DNA of 64,000 bases from Tetramitus jugosus (Eukaryota; Protista; Heterolobosea). The stretch is taken from NCBI GenBank assembly GCA_937625935.1, contig OW569378.1, positions 310,001-374,000 on the forward strand, in the 5' to 3' direction. Below, piece by piece: positions 1-9,664 of this stretch (the stretch's first letter is position 1; the number at the start of each line of letters is the position of its first letter). The notes below the pieces were generated by a model, which saw only the letters and a program-made list of their open reading frames with translations, was not told where the DNA came from and made no database searches. The translations under genes and the position numbers were made by a program.

Positions 1-492
1 ATAATTCACAAAACAAATGCCTCTGATATTGCAATGTTTTGGCTCTTTGAATGAAAACTTGACTGTTCCGTCCAAGTTATAAATGGTAATCATATTGTTC
101 GAAGTGACTGTGGCCACTAATGTTTCATCCGCCACTCCTATTGACGCTTCCGCCACTGCGACATGCTTCAAAGGCTTCGAATGACTCACAAACTGTTGAA
201 CAATTTGACCTTCAAACACATTCCAAAGAACGGCAGTCTTGTCCTCAGATCCAGAAATAACATAGGATCTTGAAGAATGCAGACAAGTCAATGGTTTAGA
301 ATGCCCTGACAGCTTGAATTGCTCTTCAGTAACGGAATACGTGTCAGCAAATGCATGGATGACCACAGAAGGGATGTCATCGTCAAGTCCGATTGCACAA
401 AAATGGCCTTCAAAACATGACGTCAAGAATTTGGCTCTGTGATACTTTTTGTCAAGGGGTAGAACCTCCCAAGTTTGTTGTACTGCAGTCAT
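1..492 (-). CDS. WD40-repeat protein (N-terminal part; runs off window start)
   Basis: Not in the ORF track. Manual translation from ATG at 492: MTAVQQTWEVLPLDK...LSGHSKPLTCLHSSRSYVISGSEDKTAVLWNV...SHSKPLKHVAV, with GH...SGSxDxT..LW WD40 signature; no stop seen before the window edge. Confidence 0.8.
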   Translation of the reverse strand, partial: MTAVQQTWEVLPLDKKYHRAKFLTSCFEGHFCAIGLDDDIPSVVIHAFADTYSVTEEQFKLSGHSKPLTCLHSSRSYVISGSEDKTAVLWNVFEGQIVQQFVSHSKPLKHVAVAEASIGVADETLVATVTSNNMITIYNLDGTVKFSFKEPKHCNIRGICFVNY

Positions 493-1101
493 GCTTGATT
501 CCTTTTTTTTCGTGTCTTGACTTTTTGTTCTTTCAACAGCGGAACTTCATCAAAAATTTTCTGTTGAAGGCAAGGATGTCTACAAGGGAGAACCCAACAG
601 ATACTGGTAGATGCATCACAAAACCTCAGGTTCACATTTTTTTCGGACAACAGTGAGCTCATCTACGACATGATTTTGAATTGGTTCGTTGTTCATCATG
701 GATCACTCCACTTGGAGCAGCTGAGAAGTGATGTCTGACGATGAAAGAAGTTGCAGCTTGTCCTTTGTGACTGCAGGTTTCTCTTTGGGGCAGTTTCTGA
801 ATCGTTTTTATCAACGTTCAGATGGTTTCGCGTCCCTCCAGAAACGAAGAAGGGTTGTTCCTTGTTTTAGGGTCCCTCCGAAGAGTCCGAATTGCTTGTC
901 ATCTGTCGATTTCTCTCTGTAAATTACCATCACATTCGACCTAAATTCACAGAAGTGCTCAACAGGCATTGATTAGTTTTCACCACACACCAAGCGAGGT
1001 CCGATCTTGGAGTGAGTTCATCAAGACCCCCTTGCCCACAAACCAACCAAGAAAGAAAAACAACAAGAACAATCAAGAATAGTCGTAGTACAGTTGTAAA
1101 T

Positions 1102-2943
1102 ATGCGTGAATCTGTTGCAGTTGACACTGTTGAAACACCAACAAACTCCAACAAAACAGCACCAACCAGTGCTACACCTGCTATCCTTTCACCTGGTTGC
1201 AAGAACTTGAATCTCCAAACGGCACCTCACATTGAAATTGAACTGGTCAAGTGCAATAACCTCGCTGCCAAAGACCGTAATGGATTTTCTGATCCATATG
1301 TCAAGTTCAAGATTGGAGAGGAGAAGGTCAAGAGTTCTGTTCATAAAAAGACGCTCAACCCAGTGTACAATGAAAAGTTTTGCATCTATTTTGATAGCAA
1401 ACGAGTGAATGATGGTCTGACTCCTGATGGCAACATTATTCGTGCTCTGAGGATTGAAGTATTTGATTGGGATCGTTTGCTAAGCAATCGTATTATTGGT
1501 GCTGGTGGTGTGAATGTTAGTTCGTTGAAACCAGGAATCCGTATGCCTCTGACACTGTCTCTCGCTCCAGCCAATTCTGGAACTGTAGAATTGTTTTTGA
1601 CCGCCAGAAACACGGACTGGACGACACCAGTGTTGAAAGCAGAGAATGGAGAACCAATTGTCTTGACCATGCCAAACCCTTTGACAGAGAAGAGACAGGT
1701 GTTCTTGGGTACGGATACAGAGAGAAGACGAAGTGCTGCAGAGACCAATTCTCTCGAGAAGAGAAATATTGACAACAAGTCCTTGATTGCTGCTCAGGCT
1801 AGTTTTGAAGAGAGCAACATATCTGCAATCGGAAGTCACCAAGATATTGCATTGCGTGTCGCTTCTGCTAAAACAGCACGTGTGTGGAAGCATGCAGGAG
1901 ATCGTGAAGGACTAGAAATTTGGCGTATAGAGAACTTTAATGTTGTTTCCTGGCCAAAATCACTGTATGGCAAGTTTTATGATGGTGATTCATACATTAT
2001 TTTGAACACGTACAGAGAAGCGAGATCTGGTCGCCTCATGTATGATGTACACTCCTTCTTGGGATTGTATAGCTCAGCAGATGAAATTGGAACCTGTGCT
2101 TACAAGATGGTTGAGTTGGATACTCTGTTGGGCGATGCTCCTGTTCAGTTCAGAAATGTACAGGGATCAGAGACAGACCTGTTCCTTTCTTACTTCCCTC
2201 AGGGCATTACCATTTTGAATGGTGGTGTCGCAAGTGGATTCAATGCTGTGAACTTCAAGGAAGCCCTCGATGGTGTCTCACCAAAGTTGTACTGGATTCA
2301 ATACAAGAGCAAGAGACTCAGAATCCAACAAGTTCCTTTAGAAACCCAATCCCTGAACTCTGGAGACAGTTTCCTGCTTGATCTAGGCCACAAGATGATT
2401 GTTTGGCATGGAAAGAACAGCAGTGGTCTTGAGCGATTCAAATCTGTTTCTCTTGGCAAGGAAATCAGTAGTGAGAGAGCAGCCGCCGTACCTCAGTTTG
2501 TAATCTCTGAGGGACAATACTCCAATTCGTCCGAGGAGACTGAGTTCTGGAGTGCACTGTCTGGTACACAGGAAGATATTAGAGATGAAGAATCCATTAC
2601 TACTGCGCACAAGGTAGTTGATACCCAGTTCGAAAAGAAGTTGTACAAGGTATCCGACAGTTCAGGCGCCCTTTCCTTTTCGTTGGTAGCAAAGGGTAAA
2701 ATCTATCCGATGCTCTTGGATTCCAATGATGTCTTCTTGTTGGATGCTGGCGCAGAGGGTATCTACATATGGATAGGAAGCAAGTCATCACATAGCGAAA
2801 GAAAACACTGTATGAGCTATGCTGCACTTTACATGAAACAAACCTCTGTTCCAATACACACTCCTCTTGTCCGAATGACAGAGGGAATGAATCGAAAGCA
2901 GTTCACTAGTCTGCTGCATTGGAGAAATAGTGTCCAACTGTAA
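1102..2943 (+). CDS. C2 domain fused to severin/fragmin-type gelsolin (3 gelsolin repeats)
   Basis: First ATG at 1102. C2 motifs NLAAKDRNGFSDPYVK, KKTLNPVYNEKF, IEVFDWDR. Gelsolin motifs GLEIWRIENF, GKFYDGDSYIIL, LNSGDSFLLD, LDSNDVFLLD..IYIWIG. Confidence 0.9.
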   Translation: MRESVAVDTVETPTNSNKTAPTSATPAILSPGCKNLNLQTAPHIEIELVKCNNLAAKDRNGFSDPYVKFKIGEEKVKSSVHKKTLNPVYNEKFCIYFDSKRVNDGLTPDGNIIRALRIEVFDWDRLLSNRIIGAGGVNVSSLKPGIRMPLTLSLAPANSGTVELFLTARNTDWTTPVLKAENGEPIVLTMPNPLTEKRQVFLGTDTERRRSAAETNSLEKRNIDNKSLIAAQASFEESNISAIGSHQDIALRVASAKTARVWKHAGDREGLEIWRIENFNVVSWPKSLYGKFYDGDSYIILNTYREARSGRLMYDVHSFLGLYSSADEIGTCAYKMVELDTLLGDAPVQFRNVQGSETDLFLSYFPQGITILNGGVASGFNAVNFKEALDGVSPKLYWIQYKSKRLRIQQVPLETQSLNSGDSFLLDLGHKMIVWHGKNSSGLERFKSVSLGKEISSERAAAVPQFVISEGQYSNSSEETEFWSALSGTQEDIRDEESITTAHKVVDTQFEKKLYKVSDSSGALSFSLVAKGKIYPMLLDSNDVFLLDAGAEGIYIWIGSKSSHSERKHCMSYAALYMKQTSVPIHTPLVRMTEGMNRKQFTSLLHWRNSVQL

Positions 2944-3021
2944 ACGAACCATTTTATCTCCTTTCAACTCCGCTGTGTTGTCTGCGACAACCGATTATTT
3001 CTTTACACCATACCAAGAAGA

Positions 3022-5670
3022 ATGTTTCATCATGGATATTTAGCTGTCAACGAGTATCACTTCACGGATGTATCAGATGTGAAGCTAAGTATATCATCAA
3101 GCGATATGAGAGATCCCAGAGTTAGAGCTCTATGTTGTACTGATGAAACTGCTGATGTTCATATCACATCCCATGGCATCTATGCTGAGATTAGGAGACC
3201 TAGAACTATGAAGGAGTCAGAGTTGTTTGCTTCTGTAGATGGAGACAAAGAGATTGACGTTCCCGTCATGGCTCGTTTCGATTTTAGCAAGATGTCAATC
3301 CTCAAGGGTGAATCTCCTCAGGATCTCAAATTCTCTGTGGAGATTGTTGAGGAGTTCATTGGATATTTCGAGCATAGTTCTGTTCGTTCTGGATATCAAA
3401 TCAGTGTGAATGGAGTTGACGAGAAAACGCAAGAGCTTTTGAAGAAGAATATTAAAATCAGATCAAAGTGGAGTACAAAGAAGAGATATAGTGAAAAACT
3501 CAGTAGGCTTATTGAGGAGCATGAGAGATCGATGATTCAAGATATGCTAAATTCTAGTAGGATTGGGTATCGAATACTACATTCAACTACTGTGTTCGAT
3601 GTGAGTTTGTACTTTAGAAGTCGGAGTCTCTTATTGATAACTACAGGAGGCGTGTTTGTGAATTCTCTAGCGAGCAGAAAGAGTCTGTTCATTGCTATGA
3701 GGGATATTACAAGGGTGATGAAAAAACCATGGCACACGTATGAGTGTGCATTGGAGATATATTTCAAAAACAAGAGTGTGCTCGTGGCATTTGATGACCT
3801 AAATCAGAGGAATAACTCCTATGATATCCTTTCGAAAACACCATCAATTGACAACCTAACGATCAATGATTATCAGAAAATGTGGGTCAACCACACCCTC
3901 AATAATTATGACTATTTAGAAGTGCTCAACGACTTTGCAGGTCGGACAAAGCATGATTTATGTCAGTATCCAGTGTTTCCATGGATTGTTCAGCAGTATG
4001 AATACACTGATTTAGACCTACTCAAGGGAACGACGTATCGAGATTTGAGCAAATCTACGAAGATTATCACCCCAGAGAAAGTGAAAGCAACTCTCGAGAA
4101 AAGGAAGGGACAGAACCAAAGTGACAATAGACACTACTCAGATCCTGTGGACGTACTACGCTATCTACAAAGAAAGTATCCCTATTTAGTTTTGTCCAAC
4201 TCTCGTTTGAGTAAGAATGGACTCATTGGTATTGGAGACGAATGGAAAGCAGTATCCTCGAACAGTAGTTGTCTCAACGAACTAAGCCCAGAATTTTATT
4301 CGTCAGACACATCGTTCCTATCAAGAAAACCGGGAATACCACCTGTCAAGCTTCCAAACTGGGCCAATACCAAACAAGAATTTCTGTACTGTATGAGGAA
4401 TGCTCTCGAGAATAAGATTCACGACAAGAGTTTTAGCTTATGGATTGATATTGTGTTTGGAGTTGGTCAAGGTGATGAAATGAACGGATTTGGATCAAGT
4501 TTATATGTGGAAGCTCCGGCAGCTACTAAATTCCCTAATGGAATGGAGACAGTCGCCATCAATCCGAAGCAAATTTTCAACGAGAAGCACATGGAGAGAT
4601 TGCCATCTGCTGACACTGTGTTTATGGAGATGATGAAGAGACAACACATCTCAAACATGGAGTATCTGAAGGGCAAACAAACTGACGAGTACTCCAAACT
4701 TCGAAAAGAAAATGCAGAACTAAAAAACATTGTGCAAAGAACAATGATTGAAGATACTCGAGTAGAGCAGTTAAAACAATTTCAAACTCGAATTGACGAT
4801 TTGATAAATGAGCTAGAGCATAGAAAGAAAGAAGTACAGGAACGAGATTCAAAGATTGACTCCTTAAGTCGAAGTCTCATTGCTCAACAATTAGAGAACC
4901 AGAAGAAGGATACCCTTTTCTCTCATCAAGCATCGAGTCTTGGAAAACTGAGGGATCATATTAGAGTTCTTGAACAAGAATTATCGAATACTAATGAAGA
5001 ATTAGACAAAGAGCGAGAAACTTTTAAGGTCCATTTGGGACAGAGTCAAGACCATTTCAACAAAGAACAACAAACACTGAGAAGCAAAGTGGAAGAACTT
5101 AGAGCAAAGCTGGAAAGAGAAACTCAAAACAGTCATTCGAAAAACAAAGAGCTCGAAAAAGCAAAAGAGCATATTGATACATTGAAGAAGAAGTTGACGA
5201 AACCGAATCGCAGCACGATATCTACTCGGACAAAACTGCAATATGAAACAGCCCTAGAAGAGGCGAATCTAGTCAATCGAGCCCTTGATGCCAAACTATC
5301 AGAGAGTAGAAATGATATTAGAATGTTGGAGAAGAGTATGACCGACCTCAAAACTAACTTGAAGTTTCAATTGCAAGAGAATCGACAACTAAAAATTAAT
5401 GTTCATTTCTTAGAACAGAAATGCAAGGAAAACTTTGAAATCAAAGAAGGAAGCACTGGAACACTGCTTTCTGACCCAACGAAAAATCTACCGAACTCAA
5501 TATTGTATCACACCAAAAAGAAGGGAGAAGCAGAGCGAATCTTTACCTCCAGAGATGATCAGATCGTGGAAAGAACACCTGCCTTTACGAGAAACCCGTT
5601 GTCACCTCGTCAGAACCGAACAGTGTCAGCACTTGTTTCACCGAGACAAATGAAGCTCGACAGGAAGTAA
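3022..5670 (+). CDS. PH-BEACH domain protein with C-terminal coiled coil
   Basis: BEACH motifs WVNHTLNNYDYLEVLNDFAGRTKHDLCQYPVFPWI, ELSPEFY, VKLPNWA, WIDIVFG; preceded by PH-BEACH-like ALEIYF; heptad-rich E/K/Q region aa ~545-800. Confidence 0.8.
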   Translation: MFHHGYLAVNEYHFTDVSDVKLSISSSDMRDPRVRALCCTDETADVHITSHGIYAEIRRPRTMKESELFASVDGDKEIDVPVMARFDFSKMSILKGESPQDLKFSVEIVEEFIGYFEHSSVRSGYQISVNGVDEKTQELLKKNIKIRSKWSTKKRYSEKLSRLIEEHERSMIQDMLNSSRIGYRILHSTTVFDVSLYFRSRSLLLITTGGVFVNSLASRKSLFIAMRDITRVMKKPWHTYECALEIYFKNKSVLVAFDDLNQRNNSYDILSKTPSIDNLTINDYQKMWVNHTLNNYDYLEVLNDFAGRTKHDLCQYPVFPWIVQQYEYTDLDLLKGTTYRDLSKSTKIITPEKVKATLEKRKGQNQSDNRHYSDPVDVLRYLQRKYPYLVLSNSRLSKNGLIGIGDEWKAVSSNSSCLNELSPEFYSSDTSFLSRKPGIPPVKLPNWANTKQEFLYCMRNALENKIHDKSFSLWIDIVFGVGQGDEMNGFGSSLYVEAPAATKFPNGMETVAINPKQIFNEKHMERLPSADTVFMEMMKRQHISNMEYLKGKQTDEYSKLRKENAELKNIVQRTMIEDTRVEQLKQFQTRIDDLINELEHRKKEVQERDSKIDSLSRSLIAQQLENQKKDTLFSHQASSLGKLRDHIRVLEQELSNTNEELDKERETFKVHLGQSQDHFNKEQQTLRSKVEELRAKLERETQNSHSKNKELEKAKEHIDTLKKKLTKPNRSTISTRTKLQYETALEEANLVNRALDAKLSESRNDIRMLEKSMTDLKTNLKFQLQENRQLKINVHFLEQKCKENFEIKEGSTGTLLSDPTKNLPNSILYHTKKKGEAERIFTSRDDQIVERTPAFTRNPLSPRQNRTVSALVSPRQMKLDRK

Positions 5671-5793
5671 AATACAAGAAATGAATATCTTCAATCGTAA
5701 AAACGGAAATTTGGAGAATTGAAGATGAACTGCCCAAGTTTTCTTTTCTCCCTCTCCAAAGCAAAACGCACAACAAACATCAACTCATCAACA

Positions 5794-7041
5794 ATGTCAT
5801 CAACAACAACACCAGTGGAACAACAGTTTCAAGACGCACAAACATACATTCAAAAGGGTCCAAAACCTTCCAAGGACTCCTCCAACGATACAAAGCTTGC
5901 CTTCTATGCCTTTTTCAAACAGGCAACCATTGGTCCATTGGACGAGAAGAAGAATAAGAGACCAGGTATGTTTGATCTCGTTGCACGAGCAAAGTACGAT
6001 GCATGGAAAAAGTTGGGTCAAATGAACAAATCAGACGCAATGAAGGGATACGTGGACACGTTGACCAGTCAATCACCCAATTGGAAACAATGGATGATTG
6101 ACAATAATAAGGAAACAACTACCACCACCAACACGACAACAACTACACCACAATTGGTCACTGCCTCTGCAACAAGCAGCAGCAGTAACAATACATATCA
6201 CAAAAAGTCTGTCTTTACAAGAGATTGCTTGCAGAACAAGGTGGCAATCATTACTGGTGGAGGATCTGGTATCTGTAAGGACATTACAAGACATTTGATG
6301 CAACATGGGTGCCACACTGTGATTATTGCTAGAAATTTGGATCGATTGAAACAGAGTGCACAAGAGTTGGAGAATCAAGTCAACAACAACAATGGAAATA
6401 AGATTGAGTGTCTTCCATTGAGTGCTGATGTCAGAGACTATGTACAATTGGAATCAGTGTTTGATCAAGTGATGCAACATTTTGGTAGAATTGATATTTT
6501 GGTCAATGGAGCAGCTGGAAACTTTCTCTGTCCTGCTGAGAAGCTCTCTTCCAATGCATTCAAGACTGTCATGGAGATTGACACAATAGGAACTTTCCAT
6601 GCTTCAAAGTTGGCCTACTTGAAATTTATGAAGAACAATGGTGGTTCTATTGTGAATATTAGTATGACATTGCATCATCAAGGTGTGCCTTTCCAGGTTC
6701 ATGCAGGATGTGCAAAATCAGCAATCGATGCCATGACAAAGCACTTGGCAGTGGAGTGGGGTCCTAGTAGCGGTGTTCGTGTCAATGCGATTGCTGTTGG
6801 TCCTATTGAGAACACTGAGGGATTCGCAAGGCTAATGCCACAAAAGATGCTTGATGAAGTGAAGCGCAAGATTCCTTTGCAGAGATGGGGAACTGTGGAA
6901 GACATTTCCAATGCTGTTCTGTTTCTAGTCAGTGATGCATCCAGTTATGTGACAGGTACTATTTTGACTGTTGATGGTGGTGCAATCTTCACGACTGGTG
7001 GTTTTGGATATCCTGACATGCTGAAAATGAGCAAATTGTAA
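5794..7041 (+). CDS. Acyl-CoA-binding domain fused to peroxisomal 2,4-dienoyl-CoA reductase (DECR2-like SDR), C-terminal PTS1 SKL
   Basis: ACBP motifs KLAFYAFFKQATIG, RPGMFDLVARAKYDAW, AMKGYV; Thr/Ser linker; SDR motifs ITGGGSGI, NGAAGNFLCPAEKLSSNAFKTVMEIDTIGTF, QVHAGCAKSAIDAMTK; ends MSKL*. Confidence 0.9.
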   Translation: MSSTTTPVEQQFQDAQTYIQKGPKPSKDSSNDTKLAFYAFFKQATIGPLDEKKNKRPGMFDLVARAKYDAWKKLGQMNKSDAMKGYVDTLTSQSPNWKQWMIDNNKETTTTTNTTTTTPQLVTASATSSSSNNTYHKKSVFTRDCLQNKVAIITGGGSGICKDITRHLMQHGCHTVIIARNLDRLKQSAQELENQVNNNNGNKIECLPLSADVRDYVQLESVFDQVMQHFGRIDILVNGAAGNFLCPAEKLSSNAFKTVMEIDTIGTFHASKLAYLKFMKNNGGSIVNISMTLHHQGVPFQVHAGCAKSAIDAMTKHLAVEWGPSSGVRVNAIAVGPIENTEGFARLMPQKMLDEVKRKIPLQRWGTVEDISNAVLFLVSDASSYVTGTILTVDGGAIFTTGGFGYPDMLKMSKL

Positions 7042-7045
7042 ATTA

Positions 7046-8606
7046 TTAATCATCCTCTGTGTCTTTTTCTAGTGGGTCTTCTATTGTTTGTGTTTCGAGC
7101 TCTTCTTTCTTGATGCTCTCACTTGATGATTTCGCTTCAAGTATCGTTTCGACCTGTTCCTCTTGCAGTGTTTCTTCACGATTCTCCTGCTGGGTTCTCC
7201 GTTCATATTCTATCTGTGTGATTGTTTTCAGTGATTGTATCTTTCGAATCTTCTCTGCTTGTGCCTTTTGAAAATCTTCCTTTCCTTCTATCTCCTCATC
7301 GGCGATTGTAATTCCTCTTAGTGAAAGGATGGAACCTCCTTGCTCCTCATGTGCTGAAGGAACAGTCACAAGTTTGAATTTGTCTGTGAATATACCACCA
7401 ATATCAGACTTGAACGAGAATAGAAACTTGTGCGTTGTGTTCGGAAGTATAACTCCCTTGGCCACACTTGCTAGGTGGAATTTCTGACTCGCTCTCTTCC
7501 TCTGGAGATCACTCACATATGGAACGTGATCCCATGAGTATTGGAAAGCACAAGATCCAGTGTTCGTGAGTGTGACTGAATCATGTGCCAGAGCATTCGG
7601 AGAACATTCGAAAATCAATGAATGGGTTGATAGGTGAAACATTGGTCCATTAGTACCTCTTCGGCTCTCAAATTGATCCAAATCTCTCTCTAAATCGTCG
7701 ATATCTTCTTCTCTTACTTCATCTGAGACAATATGATTCTGTTTTGTCCCTTGTGGTACAAGAGCTGTTCCAGTTTGTGGATCGATTGGAGCTCCTTCCA
7801 GTTTCAGTTCGGATACAAGATCACCTGGATTGTAAAAAGCTTCGTTAAATTTCTTAATGTGTTGACCGTACCGCTCTTGGACATACTGCGAGTTTTGCAA
7901 CCGTTTACCTGCCGAGGATCGAAGTCGAATTGACTTTTCAAAAGGATTTCCCACAACAGGAAGAGGTTTTGCCTTTTGATCGACGACGGGGCAGTACAGT
8001 GGATATGGCCAGTACCCTCCTGTTCTCACATACCGTACTCCATCATCGTCAGCTAATTTCTAGTGTCAATATTTTATCACTCATTCTCGACATCAAAACA
8101 ATGAACATACTCGATCTCAAGGTTGTTTCCCATTGGGCACTAGATGAGGCTTTCTGAGAGGGTGGAATAGCTGCATCAAGAAGAGCCAATTCTTCTAATC
8201 GTGCTCTGTATTCTATGCCACTCTTCTCCATGATGAGTTCAGAAGGATCTTTGCCGTACTTCTTGGCCAACCGTTTAGTTACCTTCTCCCACTCCTCCTG
8301 TTTCTTATTGTAGTTTTGTAACGCTCTTTCTTGTCTATTCTCTTCCAGGGATTTATGACTCGGCTTTAATCGATTGACTCTTACCGAGTAACCTTCATCG
8401 TCAGCCTTTTTCACTGATCGTAGTGAAGCTTCCAGTCTTGAAGGAGGAATTTCAATCTTTGGTTGATCCATCTCCTGGATCGCTTCTTCGATGAGTTCGT
8501 CATCCATCACTGACATGGAGTTTTGACGTAAACTCAACGTTAAATAGTCCCTTTTCGTTCCCAGGACATCTCTATCCTTGATGTTCGAAATCAACTTGTG
8601 ACTCAT
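7046..8606 (-). CDS. MYCBPAP: MYCBP-associated protein-like (ciliary, ASH/Ig-like domain); 2 exons, intron 8053-8110
   Basis: A 58-nt GTATGT...TTAG intron joins the two ORFs in frame (WETTLRS-T-DDDGVRYVRTGG..PLYCP). Contains LTNTGSCAFQYSW and GVILP....F.FSFKS...GIF. Confidence 0.65.
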
Positions 8607-8622
8607 TTATTGTACTTTGTTT

Positions 8623-8634
8623 TTTGGCGCCAAA
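8623..8634. promoter_or_regulatory. Palindromic E2F-like site TTTGGCGCCAAA in a 109-bp bidirectional promoter
   Basis: Perfect 12-bp palindrome between divergent ATGs at 8606 and 8716. Confidence 0.4.
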
Positions 8635-8715
8635 CCCTTGCGATCTTCCCGGAAAAAACACTGCTATTTTCCCTACAACATACACAGCAAAAACAAAAAC
8701 ACAAAAATTGGAAAA

Positions 8716-9578
8716 ATGATGCATCATCGTACCCAAACCCTGCTGCTACTGAAAGCAACCCACAAGAGCAGATCCATGCTGCTCACCCAATCTCAATCCT
8801 TCCAAAACTCCATGATTCGATCCACATCATCGTCAGTCGAATCATCTTCATCAACAACAACAACAAGCACATCAGCAGCTGATTTGGAAAGGATCAAAAG
8901 AGAACAATTGGCCAATTTAAACCTTCACAAGACAACCGATCAACAACAACAACAACAAGAAACAACAGAAAAACAACAAGCCAAAAAAAATAAGAGAAAA
9001 ATGTATCGAACAGCGTTGACTGGTGTGATTGCTGGTGCTGGTCTCTCTGGTTTTGCCTATTTTGTCTTGAATTCTACACTGATTGACGCACAAAACGAAA
9101 TCAATAATGAACTCAAATCGGTTGAACGTGTCAAAACAAGTGATTTGTTGGAGGCACAGTTGCAATCAGAGTTGAAAAAGGAGCATGAAGCGTTGTTGAA
9201 TAGGAGAAGTTTGGCCAAGCAGTGGATGAAGAGTCGTAGTCAAGGTGCTTATCGCTACAGTGCAGAAGATGGATTGTTGATGGACAAGTACAAGATGAAT
9301 GTCAAGAAGGGATGGAACTCATGGTTCCACAGTATGACTGATGGTATGCATGATGTGGAAGTGGAGAAGCAGAGGAGAGAGATGGCATTGTTGGAAGAAC
9401 GTATTATGAATGAAGTTGAGGTGTGTACAATGTTGTTTGATATGATGTGTGTATGTGTGTTTATGTGTGTATTTTTTGAATGCTAACAACAACATCATGT
9501 TTGTTTTTTGTGACGAATGATCAGAGTGTTGGTTTGAGCAGAGACAAGGTAATCATTACTGATGTTGTGAGAGATTAA
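8716..9578 (+). CDS. Hypothetical single-TM protein, possibly mitochondrial; intron 9421-9524
   Basis: Ser/Thr/Arg-rich presequence-like N-terminus, one TM (ALTGVIAGAGLSGFAYFVL), coiled coil. GT at 9421, branch TGCTAAC at 9481, CAG at 9524; last exon SVGLSRDKVIITDVVRD*. Confidence 0.55.
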
Positions 9579-9664
9579 GCTTTTGGATGACACGTGATCA
9601 CAGATTATATCCCCTCAATAACTCAATAATAAACAAACACGAAACAATCATGTGAATGCACTTT

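Noticed and set aside
493-1101. Short ORFs (393-656, 728-922, 930-1202) between the WD40 and C2-gelsolin genes
   Set aside because: The frames I translated hit stops quickly and show no motifs; treated as divergent promoter/UTR.
8029-8110. Apparent frameshifts between adjacent same-strand ORFs (also at 11.2, 12.3, 27.4, 39.0, 48.7, 53.0 and 57.8 kb)
   Set aside because: Each is resolved by a canonical GT-AG intron that restores the frame; no programmed frameshift, recoding or pseudogene is needed.
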